This document shows, piece after piece, positions 1 to 13,201 of a stretch of 64,000 bases of DNA. The notes under the pieces are model-generated. The model saw nothing but the letters and a program-made list of their open reading frames with translations. It made no database searches and was not told the origin of the DNA. Within the stretch, counting starts at the first letter, position 1, and the number at the start of each line of letters is the position of its first letter. The translations under genes and the position numbers were made by a program. The stretch lies in NCBI RefSeq assembly GCF_006345805.1, contig NC_043012.1, forward strand, positions 34,038,001 to 34,102,000, written 5' to 3'. The stretch is from Octopus sinensis. Lineage: Eukaryota.

Positions 1-2164
1 CACTGGGAAATGGCATGAATATCACAACTTCACCTCCAAATCCATAGCCTGTACTAAATTAAAGAAATCAATTCAGCCATTGATTTAACAGAAAAAGCCA
101 ACCTAACGATTTTCTATTATATAATCACATATGCACAAAATGTTGCTTAGTACCAAGAAACCAGAGCCAAGGTTAAGAGTTTCCAGCTGTGACCACCCAG
201 CTGTTTCCTTTGTTGATATGTAGGCGTTGAGCTATTCCACCTAGGTCGACTTTGCCTTTCATCCTTTCGGGGTCGATTAAATAAGTACCAGTTACGCACT
301 GGGGTCGATATAATCGACTTAATCCGTTTGTCTGCCCTTGTTTGTCCTCTCTGTGTTTAGCCCCTTGTGGGTAGTAAAGAAATAGGTATGTAGGACTCAG
401 CTTCTACATTCAACCTTAGCTCCACACCCCCACATTAGTCTTTAGGTGGTGTCATTAGAAGTGATGTGTACCACCCTTCCACTAACTGAGACAATGAGAT
501 ACTCTCTACATAGTTGCACAAACTGCAAGCATTAGCAGCCTGAGATCCTAAAACCAAGGTGCCATATAGAAAGCATTGGTGTGGGTGCTGGTACCATGTA
601 AAAAACCACCCATTACACTCTGTAAAGTGGTTGGTGTTGTTAGGAAGAGCATCTTAGTCATAGAAACCAAGCCAAAACAGATTATGGAGCCTGGTGTGGC
701 TTCTGACCTAGCCAGTTCCTGCCAAGCTGTCCAACCCATGCTTGCATGGAAAACAGACATTAAATGACAATGATGATGAAATCCCCTCCAAATGACATTC
801 TACAATCTTATTAAAACATACTGGACAATGAAGTCCTAGATACACTATGTTTGTGAAAATGTTGGGATGGTCTTGATTGGAGTGGTATGAATCACACCTG
901 AGCGATTAGAGCCAACTTTGAGTTGAACTGTTACAACAACCACAACATGAAAACAAAACAGTAGCCAATGTGTCCTCCCGCTTTTGAAGCCATATGCATG
1001 TGCACAGGTGTATTTACATCGAGGTCAACTTTGCCTTTCATACTTTCGGAGTCGGTTAAATAAGTACCAGTTACACACTGGGGTTAATGTAATTGACGTA
1101 ATCCGTTTGTCTGTCCTTGTTTGTCCCCTCTATGTTTAGCCCCTTGTGGGTAATAAAGAAATAGGTATTCTAAAAGCTAACTACTTTGTACATCTACCAG
1201 GGCTTATAGTATCCACTTCTCTCTTAGTCAGGATACCATCACTACCTTCTTTGTAAGACTATGATACCTTGAAATTGCCAAGCATATGTATATATGTAAG
1301 AAGCACAAGGGCTAGGAGGAAAGCGAGTAGATGGTCAAGATCACTGTATAAGGGAGGGAAAGATGTAAAGAAGGAATAAAAAAGGGGTTTCACATTGAGT
1401 GGAACTGAGAGCACACACAAAAATACAAATAGAAGCAATCCACCCACACATGGTTAAGAAGCTGCCACCTAAGTTGGGTGAGAACATCCCCTAAATCCAA
1501 CTGACCACCACTTCCTATACTGCGTACTGTGTTGAAGGGTGACAAGAAGCATCTCCCATCCTTGGTTCATGCTGTAATAAAATTGCTGTCGTTCCAGCCA
1601 GAGTTCTATAATTTCTGTTTTAGTACCTGCATGGTTGTGTGGTTAAGAATTGCTTCCCAACTATATGGTGTTGGGTTCAGTCCCACTGCATAACATCTTA
1701 GGCACAGGTTTTTTCTTGTAGCCCCTCACTAACATACATGTGAGCAGGCTTCGTTGATGAAAATGGAAAAAAGCTTATTGTATATGTATATTCGTGTGCA
1801 TGCACTTAAGTTCACATGTCTTGACTTCGTCTGATAATTGTATAAATAAGCACCACTGTCATATAAGTAGTGATGTTTGTTTTGAATCCTCCAAGAAAAC
1901 AAGTTCACCCATGGGGAAATATTACCTTGCTTGGAAACAGGAAGGGCATTTGGCTGTAGAAAATCTGTCTCAACAAATTCCATTTAACCCAAGCAAGCAT
2001 GGAAAAGTGGACACTAAATGATGATGACTATCAATCACCAGTGTCTCCATCAAAACTTGGTGCTTCCTATTGTGTCTTATACAGTTTTGATTTGAAAACA
2101 CCCTTCCTTTTGTGTTTTTTAGTTCATTTATTCGTTTTAGAGTGTAAGCATCCTTAGAGAAAAG

Positions 2165-2910
2165 TTAGGCATAAGAAGCATCAGATGTGATGTGCAAGAG
2201 AGAGGACTGTGCTTATATGGTCATGTGATGCATATGGATGAGGACAGCTGTGTGAAGAAGTGTCGCAGTCTAACGGTGGAAGGAAGTTGTGGAAGAGATA
2301 GACCCAGAAAACATGGGACAACGTGGTGAGGCACAATTTTCAAATGTTGGGCCTCACAGGAAATGACAAGCGACTAAGACCTTTAGCGATACGCCATGCT
2401 TGAGAAGATCTGTCAAGCCAAGAGCGTAGTCTTGGCCAATGCCAGTGTCACGTAACTGGCCCGTTAAAAGCACCCATGAAACTTTGGGAGATGTGCTGTG
2501 CTTGTGAAAACCTGTTGAGCCAAGTGAAATTGTAGTCATGACCAATGCCAGTGCCGCCTGACTGGCACCCGTGCCGGTGGCACATAAAATGCACCGTTTG
2601 AGTGTTGGACCTCATGGAGGCAATGGCAGGTGACCAAAACATTTGGTGATGCACCATGCTTGTGTAGACCTGTCAAGCCAAGTGAGACCATAGTTGTGGC
2701 CGATGCCAGTGTCAGGACAATGACACCCATGCTGGTCGCATGTAAAACACACTCACTACACTCTCAGAGTGGTTGGCATTAGGAAGGGCATCCAGCTGTA
2801 GAAACCATGCCAAATCAGATCAGAACCTGGTGCAGCTCCCTGGCTTACCAGTTTTCGGTCAAACCATCCAACCCATGACAGCATGGAAAACAAACATTAA
2901 ATGATCGCAA
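2165..2910 (+). mobile_element. RTE-type LINE 3' fragment (degenerate ORF2 C-terminus plus internally repeated 3' UTR)
   Basis: Frameshifted translation resembles ...YGHVMHMDEDSCVKKCRSLTVEGSCGR.RPRKTWD... and is followed by the tandemly repeated 3' UTR seen in many truncated copies. Confidence 0.75.
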
Positions 2911-5900
2911 TGACGTTGATTTAATGTTTATTCCATTCTGGCATGGATCGGATGGTTTGGCAGTTTCTAATGGGTCTAAAGACCGCATCATGCTTCAGTG
3001 TCTACTCTGGCATGGCTTCTAAGGTTGGATGCTCTTCCTGGTGCCAACCACTTTACAGAGTATGTACTAGATATTTTTATCATGCCACCAACACAATCGA
3101 TGTAGCTTGCAGGACTCCAAACCCAGAAGAGATGCAGTTATACTAAGAAATAAGTGAGCAAATACATGAAAGAAAGGACCAGAAGGGGTTTCTTGCAGTA
3201 GAATAGCAACACAACAACTCATATTTTAGAAGAGAAAATAGGGCTGGCGAACCAGGTGGCTGCACCAGGCTCCAATCTTGATTTGGCAGAGTTTCTACAG
3301 CTGGATGCCCTTCCAAACGGAGTGATTGGCGTTAGGAAGGGCATCTAGTTGTAGAAACCTGCCAGATCAAGATTGGAGCCTGGTGCAGCCATCTGGTTCG
3401 CCAGCCTTCAGTCAAAATCGTCCAACCCATGCTAGCATGGAAAGCGGATGTTAAACGATGATGATGATAATAGGAGTAATCATGTAGAGCAAGAAAAAAA
3501 TAAAAATAGTAGCAGAAAGATCTCTCGATGACTCCTCAATGTATACAGTGAGTAGAAGTGAATGGAGAACTGAAAAACCAATATATGTCCTGTGGTTCTT
3601 TTTGGCTTGTCAAAGCCCAGCAAAACTACAATAAAAGTTTTCAAGTGTCAAGGCATGAATGTCTGTCACTTTCCCACTGTTAATTTTGCTTTCAATTTTA
3701 AGAATTTCATTTAGTGTGTAAGTGTTACCACCTCTGCGGAAGCATCTTCTTACTACCACCTCAACGGATGCCACGCTTAGTCTTTTTTCTCATCCAAATG
3801 GGAGACAAAACAGTCCCTCAACTCTACATATGTAAATCACTTCACATGAACACAGTAGGGAAAAAATACAAAATTTATAAAGTAACCCAATAACTTTTCT
3901 TAAACACAGACCCACCATTGGTAACATTAAATATTCACTTCAAATTTTGGCACAAGGCCAGCAAGACTGACCCCAGTGTTCAACTAGTACTTATTTTATC
4001 AGCCCTGAAAGAATGACAGGCAAAGTCGACCTCAGCAGAATTTGAACTCAGAACGTAAAGACAGATAAAATGCCACTAAGCATTTAGCCTGGCATGCGAA
4101 CAATTCTGCCTAAAGTAACTCTAAACGATAATAAAGGATTCCGTTTTAAGTACACAACCAACAATTTTGAGTACTTGATTGGTTCTTCATTTTATCAACC
4201 CAGAATGGATAAAAGGCCATGCCGACTTGGGTAGGACTTAATCTAAGATTCCAGACCCCGGTCCAACCGACCAACCCGTGCTAGCACGGAAAACCCGACG
4301 TTAAACGACGACGATGATGAGATTATATATATATATATATATTATATATATATACACACACACACATATATCTATATACATATACATATTAGTGTGCATG
4401 TGTGTGAGAGAGATAAAACTAAAAGGAGACAAAAATGTGGAAGTAAAATGGAGAGAAAAGAAAGCAGATCAAAGTGTTAGAAATCTGAAGAAAAAAAAAG
4501 ACAAACATAGTTGGAATTGAACATCTGAATAGAATGTAAAAAGGAGGAAATTGACAAAACTTAGAGAAAAAAGACAGCAAAAACATAAGGGTTTCTGTAA
4601 TAGACGTTAATGTACCAAAGATTGTTCTCAATGTGAACAATCAACTATTTTTCCTACAAATATTCACTCCCTGATGCTGCTCAGCTGTACAGCAATTTGA
4701 GATACTTTAAACTTGACAAATGTTAAAGGAATACACAGGCGTGTGTATATATATATACACACGCACACACGAGGCTAGTGGAGATGGCAAACTTGGCTTG
4801 TTATCAAATAGGTGTGGCCTAGTCGCAAATAATGATTATTTGAAAGAATGTTCACCATTTTTCTTTCAATAACTAGACACACATATACGTAAAAACACAC
4901 ACACATACATACATGTACTAGTAGAGAAACTGAGACTTTAAGACCTACGAAGGAAGACAATATATTTATTTGTCAGTGTACAGATAATTAATAAGAGACG
5001 ATAATTTGCATGCATATAGATAATTAGCAACAAAAAATAATTCTGCTTGATAAGGGCCCAGTGGGGTTATATACAACACCGTCACCCCCGCTCCGAACTT
5101 AACTCATCAGAATTCTGCAAAGTTTTGTATCCGTTATTATTCGGCAACGATGCCGCCCCGCTCGCGCGCGATGCCAGGCATATCAAGGGTGGAACTAATG
5201 TGACTGATCATCTGCTAGAAATAACAGCCAACTCTACTTCCAGCCACATCGTACTGTCTTGGAAAATAACAAAGCTACTCTAGGGTTTAAACTACGCGAT
5301 GCTCGAGGATTTCTAGAGTTTGGAATATTCAGGTTCCTTCTCTGCAACTTTCACAACATAAGGAAATTTAAACGGTTCCAACATGGAACAAAAACAAAAA
5401 TTCATTTCCAGCTGATAAATTAACTCCAGCACAATTAATTGTTGCATCAATAAGTAAACAGATGCGCGGGCACACCATTTGTTATTTGTTTAACCCCAGG
5501 TCAGCGATGATAGGAAATTAAAGACATAGAACATCCACTGCAATAGATCCAATATGGCCATCATTTATTACGATGACAGGATGGGATTTAAAGGAAATTT
5601 AGTTGCTATTTTCAGCTGGGTAAGTGACTGCGGAGAGACCCAAATCTTTCTTGACAGGAGCAGGTCCCATTTACATTCGTAACATGTATTGTCATTTCAA
5701 TGTAAGATAGCTGGGAGTTCAAACCCCATCACTGCAGGACTCCGATACCAACTAATAAACATGCGTGGGTCAAAGAGGAAGAAATGGCTCTGCTGGAACG
5801 TGTAAAGAACGTAGAAGAGTGAAGATGGAGTAACAGCAGTCAGATTGATGGTTACATATATATAGAGAGAGACAGAGAGACAAATAAGTAAAATAATTGA

Positions 5901-7257
5901 TGAATCCGGATTGACAGATGTAATGAAGGTGGACGAGAAGCAGACGAGCTTCAGGAAGGTAGGATAGATACACAAAGATATAGAAGAGAAACAGGTCATA
6001 GACAGACGGGAAGATGAAGAAACAAGCTGGATAGAGATGCAGTGAGGTTATTCTCAATTCAGCCCAGATTAATCCAAAATGTTCCAGCCGTGACCATGCC
6101 GCCTATTTTCTTCAGCTAGTGTATAGAAACCACATACGTAGTCCAGAGTGTCCTTCCTTTTGTAAAAGACTTGTTTAATGTACATTTACAAATTCTTCGA
6201 AGACGGTCGAGCTACTTGCATAGAGACTCCCCTCTTTGGCTTGAAATGGAAGTTTATAAACTATTTCGAGTACCACCAAGATAAATTTTGTCCCTCATCC
6301 TTCCGAGGTCTATAAAATAACTGAAGTAGGAAAGACTCAAAATTGTTTTTAAAGGGTGGCTTTTGGGGTGGAGACGGGCGGATGTCTTGCCCTGAAGTAC
6401 TTAGGGGTCAATTAAACCAACAAACCCGATTCCCCGCACCAAAATTGTGACTTTGTGCTTCTGTTACAAATTACATGTTACAAAACTAGGTTTACCAGAA
6501 CATGTAGTATATAACACACATACATGTGTGTGTGTGTGTATACATACATGCATGCATAACGGTTGTATATTTTGGGTGTATAACGTGAGTGCCGCACACC
6601 CACTTAAAAATGGTAAATAATTTTGTTCTTGGAGTTATCATGACATAATGTGGTCAGAAATTATTTTCAAATCTAAATAATAACAGTAAGAAACAGATTG
6701 AGGGGTCGAAGTCGTCGTTGAGTATATTTATGTAAGGGTGGAAGCTTGAGACGGTGTTGAGTAGGAAAGAAGATGAGAAATGGGAATTTGGAATAAGGAC
6801 AGAGAAGGATGGAGTTGAGATGAACGAATAATAAACACCGAATAAATCAATTTTGGAAGCGGAGAGTGTCTTTGAGAGAAGATATTGACGGATAATTGGG
6901 ATGTGAGGAACGGCGACATTAATTGTTTGAAGTCTCGGCGGGAAATGAAAATGTTCTGAAAGTTTGACATGAAAAGTGATGGAATTTTTAGGTTGGAAGA
7001 GAAGAGGAGGGGGAAAGAATGACATAAGAGGAATGTGTAATAACCAGCTTCATCTGTTGTGTGTGTGTATATGTGTCGATATATATATACACACACACAC
7101 ACGTGTGTGTATATATAAACGTTCGCGCGTGGATGGGTGCGCGTGGATGCGAGCCATTACAGCCAGGACCACCCCGTGGCACGGTCTATGCGTGTGTGGG
7201 GGTATGTATAGGGATATAAATATATGGGAAGACGATGATAAAAAACTATTCTTTTAC

Positions 7258-7374
7258 CGATCTTTGAAGTTCTCCCAGCCACACAGATGCATTCTCCTTG
7301 CCACTAACGTCTGGGTTGTTGTACAAAGCTTGAAGTGCCTGGTGCACCGTCTCTAAGGGCGGCGGGGACTCCAT
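7258..7374 (-). CDS. TNPO3: Transportin-3, coding exon 1 (gene continues left of the window)
   Basis: The reverse strand reads [39 protein letters not shown] (117 nt) followed by donor gtaaaa. This matches the TNPO3 N-terminus as recalled (human ...[28 protein letters not shown]). Missed by the ORF track. Confidence 0.92.
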
Positions 7375-7439
7375 CCTTTGACTGATTGATGTATTATTCT
7401 AATAATTATGGTTGTTGTTGTTATTTCCCTCGGTCTTTC

Positions 7440-8340
7440 GTCGCTCGTCTCACCCAAAACACTGAGGTTCCTCGACGAGAAACCGGAAGTCCACTGCCAT
7501 AAACCGATCGACGTTGCTAACACCCAACTGTCGTAAACCGGTTCGCACTAATTTTTATTAATCTTTAGTCTTTAGTCGCCTTTAATAATAACTCCGTTTC
7601 CTTCTCTCCTAGAATACTTTTTTGGGGAATATTAACCCAATCTCCCCACTGATTGTAGTTTTACATATTATTTTATCAGTCCTCGGAACGATGCATGGAA
7701 GGTAAAGTTAATCCCAGAGGAATTTGAACTCAGACCATAACTGATGGTTCTTCACTGTATTAATTCAACCATTAAACAGATTTTAATTATTTACTTTTCT
7801 CTTCACTGATTACAACAATCGCTTTCATAACACAGTGTGGAATTCTAAAATCAACAAAAAGTCCCTTTTTTTCTACATATTTAGACAAATCATTTTTTTT
7901 AATAATAAAATATAATTATGTTCCAATTTATCCATGTTAGGTAATGGGAGGGGGGTCTCTAATTAACTATTGTTAATAACAGGAAGTGATTTATTAATCA
8001 TTGAACACGTTTAATCTCTCTTTCTCCCTGAACATATATATATATATATATACATTTGAGGGGGGGTATAAGCGTGTGTAATAGAGAAAGAGGGGTTTGT
8101 GTTGGTATGTGCACTTTTATTGGGATCGTCCATCCAAAATTTAATATAATATACTTTATTATCACATAACATTTGTACACAAGTTCCCATATTATTTCTT
8201 AATCTCACGAATTTTCTTTTTGAATTATTTTTATTTGTCAGAAACAGTTTCTGCCCGGAATGAACTTCTTTTTTTTTTTCCTCGTATCTAATAGGTCAGA
8301 GGTCACTTCCGCCTCGAAGTGTTCACTTTTCGTTTTGTCA
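7440..8340. promoter_or_regulatory. Bidirectional promoter region between TNPO3 and WASHC3
   Basis: Divergent ATGs at 7374 (-) and 8394 (+). ETS-type CCGGAAGT at 7483-7490 and reverse-oriented CACTTCCG at 8304-8311; locally CpG-retaining. Confidence 0.65.
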
Positions 8341-8393
8341 GTTGCTGATGTTTTGGAAAGTTCGCCACCAAACACACACAGAACCGATTACTC

Positions 8394-8444
8394 ATGGATT
8401 CGGACGGTTTGCCCCTTGTGGGCACTGGTATCGATTATACAAAG
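8394..8444 (+). CDS. WASHC3: WASH complex subunit 3 (CCDC53), exon 1 of 6
   Basis: MDSDGLPLVGTGIDYTK, similar to human MDEDGLPLMGSGIDLTK. Donor gtccat (weak), phase 0. Confidence 0.88.
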
Positions 8445-8808
8445 GTCCATATATTAGCTTTATTTTCTTTCATTTTTCCTTGTTTTCTCTAATGTCGATG
8501 TAATTTTATCCCGTTCCTCCCACTTAAAAGAGGCGTATCTTAAACCAAAACCAGGGATTGATCCATCTACTGAAATCATTCTTCTGCATTATATAAAACA
8601 AGAACATACAAGATAATGTAGTCCTATTTGTAAAGATATAACCATACGGAATGGTTGTGACTGGAAGGTTAAATCATAAATCTGTATGATTGAAGGACTG
8701 GCTTAGATCGATCGTTTTATGTTGATTTTTTTGGTTTCTCTTTTAATTTAACATAAGAGTCAGCCAGTTCGATACTCCATCGTTCCACCTCCCCCTTTGT
8801 TAACACGG

Positions 8809-8985
8809 AAACATACATACATACATATATATATATACACATATGTACATATATACATACATACATTCAAACATACATATATATATATATATATACATAC
8901 GTACATACATACAAACATATATATATATATATACATACGTACATATATACATACATACATACAAATATACATACATACAGACAGA
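8809..8985. repeat. Compound (TA)n/(CATA)n microsatellite (representative of many)
   Basis: Read directly. Similar tracts at about 24186, 30364, 55280, 59338, 59930 and 61607; (CTA)n at about 59000-59062. Confidence 0.95.
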
Positions 8986-10573
8986 CAGCTAAATAAGTTG
9001 TTTACTGTTAGGGTTTAAATATAACTGCCCGATAAACTGATACGTTTGACCAAGTTTATATGGGTTCATGTATGTGTGTGTCATGAATCACGAGGATTCA
9101 CTATTATGACTTGTAATTGGACTGAGTGAGAGGCAAATCGTCTCTGGTCCGACTGTTGTTTTTTGTCTTCAGTGTTGCAGCAAATTTACGACATAAACAA
9201 AAACAAAACTTGGCAACTCCAGATGTCGTGATGTACTTTTGAATAATGTGTTTATGTTCCGAAACACAGTAGAGAATGATTTTATACATTTAGGGACAGG
9301 ACAACTTATTGATTGTGGTTTGGTGACTTGCATCTGCATTTTAACTGGCACTGACTCACTTTGCTAGTCTGAGTTTCAAAGTTAAACTTAAACCATGATG
9401 TTAAAAATGTACTGGAAATGAACGAGAAGGGAGTCTCGACATTGTCACACAAACTGTTAGAAATATCTGCCAAGACTCTTCTAAATTACATTCTACCACC
9501 TTGAAATATGTTGTCCCAGATACACCATGTTCTTCAAAATAAATGGTAGAGTCATGGGTGGAGCAATATTTAGTATAAGCTTGCTGGATCATTACAGACC
9601 TAGGGTTAAACAACAGCAACAAGCATGTATCTGACTCATACACTGTTCACTTCCCAGACATTTGTACATTACTGCATATACTTTATACGCACTTTTGACA
9701 AGTTGTGGTGCACCTGAGCACTTTATACAATAATTTCATTATTATTATTATTCAGTTTTTTTAAATGTTTGTATTGTTAATCTTATGGAAAAGTTACTTC
9801 TTAATCAGTGAGATATATTTGTTAGAGATTGAGGGACCACCACCAGCAGACTGGTGGCGTTACTGCCACCAAGGTACATCTCAAATATCGACAGACAAAA
9901 CGTGGTTAGGGATTGAACAAGTCAGAATAGTACGGTTCAAGTATTTGCAAAAGAAGGAATTCTGCTTAATCCACCCCAAAATCCAGACGATGGCGTTAGA
10001 CCTAACAAAATATTCAAAACCTGAAAACGTTGTTAACTTCCCCACCCATTTAGATGTCGTTGACCTCCTCGTTCAAATGAAAACATACCACCCAAGCTAA
10101 TCGGTGTAAGGGTACACCCCTCCACAAGTTATATCCATGGAATTGCAGGGGATTGCAGCAAAACACCTGTTAATAATGCAGTATCAGAATTTTTAGGGTT
10201 TGGGACAAAAATGCCTCGAATTTGTTGCTTTGTGTTATGAATTCAAGTCCTGCCAAGGTCAATAAAATAAAACCAGTCATATACTGGTGTCATAATCAAT
10301 TATCTTCTAAGCATCTATGGCACTAGTGGTGCTGCTTGTTTTATATCTCATTGAAATCAGTCTACAGGTACAATTGTAGCTGGAGGAAGAAAAAATTGAT
10401 AAACTAAACATTTGAGTCTCTCCTTCACACACACCCCCCGTCTTCCACCCTCCAAGTATAAGCACAAAACTTTGTTGCCAATGACTATTAATTCAGTTGT
10501 CCATGTTTTGACCATGTATCAGCTAACAGACTAGACGTTGTTGTTAATGTTTCTTCTTATTTTTCTTTCATAG

Positions 10574-10738
10574 TGTGAAGCCATTTATCAAAAGAGAACA
10601 TTGGCTTTCCTCAACCATTTCATCACACATACTGTACGGTTTTTGAACAAATTCTCTGGTGTTTGTGAAGAAAAACTGGAAACAATGTCTTATCGTATTC
10701 AAAGGCTTGAAATCATGATGAATATTTTAGAAGCAAAG
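10574..10738 (+). CDS. WASHC3: WASHC3 exon 2
   Basis: tag|CEAIYQKRTLAFLNHFITHTVRFLNKFSGVCEEKLETMSYRIQRLEIMMNILEAK|gtaagt; 165 nt; conserved CCDC53 N-terminal domain. Confidence 0.95.
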
Positions 10739-10789
10739 GTAAGTGTTTATAGAATTTGATTTGGTTTTCAGAGATGAGGTATCATTTAT

Positions 10790-11350
10790 CATCATCATCA
10801 TCGTTTAACGTCCGCTTTCCATGCTAGCATGGGTTGGACGATTTGACAGAGGACTGGTGAACCAGATGGCTGCACTAGGCTTCAATCTTGATCTGGCAGA
10901 GTTTCTACAGCTGGATGCCCTTCCTAACGCCAACCACTCCGAGAGTGTAGTGGGTGCTTTTACATGCCACCAGCACGGGGGCCAGTCAGGCGGTACTGCC
11001 AACGACCACACTCGAATCTTTTACACATGGCACAGGTGCCAGTAAGGCGATGCTGGTAATGATCACGCTCGAATAGTGTCTTTTACGTGCCACCGGCACA
11101 GAGCCAGTTGGCTGCTCGGGCAGCAATCACGCTCAGATGGTGCTCTTGGCACCCTACTAACACCGGCACAAGTGCCAGTAAGGCGATGCTGGTAATGATC
11201 ATACTCGAATGGTGCTTTTTTTATGTGCCACTGGCACAGAGCTGGTTAGCCGCTCTGTCAATGATCTCCCTCGTATGGTGCTCTTTGCACCCTGCTAGCA
11301 CGGATGCCAGTCATCGATTTTGATTTCAATTTCACTTGCCTCAACAGGTC
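10790..11350 (-). mobile_element. 5'-truncated RTE 3' UTR / RTE-tailed repeat with (GAT)n tail (representative copy)
   Basis: Begins catcatcatcgtttaacgtccgctttccatgctagcatgggttggacg. Related copies lie near 12598, 16330, 25540, 31375, 35838, 37520, 39190, 41885, 50355, 52737, 53472 and 55595. Confidence 0.8.
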
Positions 11351-11589
11351 TTCGCAAGGAAATCCTCAAGACTTTTTTAATATTATAATTGGTGAACTCT
11401 GACAGTTCACTCCTCTCAATTGCAGTGTCCACTGGTATCATCTTTCATATTCAGATACACAAAGAGAACTTTTTCTGTTTCTCATCTGATTAGAAATCAT
11501 TTCTGTCATTAATCCCTGTAATCCTTGAGTTTAATGTAAAAATGAAATATGCTCATCTTTGTATTTTTACTTTTTGTTCGTTTCTAAAG

Positions 11590-11709
11590 TTATCCTCCAT
11601 CCCTGGCTTAGAAAACGTAGTAGCACCAACGCCAGAGAGTACATCTTCTCCATCTACTGTAGCAAATACTCCTTCGCAACCAACTGAACCTGTACAACAA
11701 ACAACAAAG
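11590..11709 (+). CDS. WASHC3: WASHC3 exon 3
   Basis: aag|LSSIPGLENVVAPTPESTSSPSTVANTPSQPTEPVQQTTK|gtaagt; 120 nt; conserved LSSIPGL motif. Confidence 0.92.
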
Positions 11710-12451
11710 GTAAGTCTTCACTCTAGTATTATATCAAATTTTTGGCATCAAGCTAGCAGAACTGTTGGCACTCCAGGCAAAAGCCTTGGCAGCATTTCAT
11801 CCAACTTTATGTTCTGAGTTCAAATTCTGCTGTGGCCAACTTACCCTTTCATCTTTTCAGAGTTGATGAAATAAGTAACAGTTGAGCACTGGAGTCAGTG
11901 CAATCAATTTATCTCCTCCCCCAAAATTGCTGGCCTTGTGCCAAAATTTGAAACCAATGTTATAATAAAAAATTTTTCAAAATTAATACATTGTTTTCTC
12001 ACAAGGTACCATAGATATTATTTTTTCTTGGAGTACCATAGAGTAATTTGTATCTTAACTTCATGGTCACCTGAGACCCTGGTCCAGGTTTCTCAAGAAA
12101 TCCTTCTTTAATACCATCATCTGGCTAGTTGTGATAACAACTTGTCTCCATTCAATCAATGAATGAGCCTGCTACAATTAGATGCTGGATCTGTCTTCTT
12201 AAAAAAAAGAAGAATGTATTGAACTATGTAGTCTTAAATATAAAAGATGAGATGGCCATGGTTGGAACCTTCCTCTTCACAAATCTGCTCAATCAAGGCT
12301 GACCTACAGCTAAGCAACAGCATAGCAACCTAGGATCTTTTCTCTTTAATTCTATCTTGGAAACTAGTAATTTATTTCTGTCCAGAGTCCAACTTGTCCT
12401 TCTACTATGTTAGCCTTTTTCTTAGATGTATTTGGTCTTGTGTCATTGCAG

Positions 12452-12586
12452 GAAGCCACACCAAGTGCTGCAGATCCAACAACACCAGCAACACCTGCAG
12501 CTGCTCCACCAGCAACCCCAGAGGAACCCCAAAAAACTGTTTCTCAAGATCCAAGATACATGAAATATTTCAAGATGTTATCTGTT
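12452..12586 (+). CDS. WASHC3: WASHC3 exon 4
   Basis: cag|EATPSAADPTTPATPAAAPPATPEEPQKTVSQDPRYMKYFKMLSV|gtgagt; 135 nt; DPRYxKYFKM motif. Confidence 0.93.
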
Positions 12587-12970
12587 GTGAGTATATTATA
12601 TCATCATCATCATCATCATCGTTTAACGTCCGTTTTCCGCGCTAGCACGGGTTGGACGGTTTCGACCGGGGTCTGGGGAGCTAGGGACTGCCCCAGGCTC
12701 CAGTCTAGTCTGGCAGTGTTTCTACAGCTGGATGCCCTTCCTAACGCCAACCACTCCACGAGTGTAGTGGGTGTTTTTTACGTGCCACCTGCACAGGTGC
12801 CAGAGGGGTCTGGCATCGGCCACGTTCGGATGGTGCTCATGTATATGTATATAGAAAGATGGGATGTGTGTCATCATTGTACCTGTTTTACTTCCACTTT
12901 CCATAACTGTCAAGGGTTGGATGGATCATTGCTTCTCCTAGGTGTGTTGATAGACTATATCTTGCCCTGA

Positions 12971-13201
12971 AGGCGAGCTGGCAGAATCGTTAGCACACCG
13001 GACGAAATGCTTAGCGGTATTTCGTCTGCCGTTACGTTCTGAGTTCAAATTCTGCCGAGGTCCATTTTGCCTTTCATCCCTTCGGGGTCGATTAAAATAA
13101 GTACCAGTTACGCACTGGGGTCGATGTAATCGACTTAATCCCTTTGTCTGATCTTGTTTGTCCCCTCTGTGTTTAACTCCTTGTGGGTAGTAAAGAAATA
13201 T
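12971..13201 (+). mobile_element. tRNA-head SINE family B (representative copy)
   Basis: Head ggcgagctggcagaatcgttagc with B-box-like gttcaaattc; tail ...gtgggtagtaaagaaata. Other copies near 243, 1021, 26781 (-), 28850 (-), 44660 (-) and 51792 (-). Confidence 0.8.

Noticed and set aside
5100-5115. CTGATGA motif as a hammerhead or C/D box (also near 24998, 48196, 60082 and 63384)
   Set aside because: No downstream GAAA/NUH with pairing stems and no properly spaced C and D boxes with a terminal stem.
5047-5283. TNPO3 exon 2 or a separate protein-coding gene
   Set aside because: No frame I translated resembles the expected V.AW..DQLL...SCYFAAQT segment or any protein I recognise.
5278-5292. 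Telomerase RNA template-like motif (taaaccctag on the minus strand)
   Set aside because: It does not match the CTAACCCTAA template needed for TTAGGG repeats, and no supporting structure was seen.
9765-10100. 111-aa ORF in WASHC3 intron 1
   Set aside because: No recognisable motif, a poor start context, and not needed for the WASHC3 frame.
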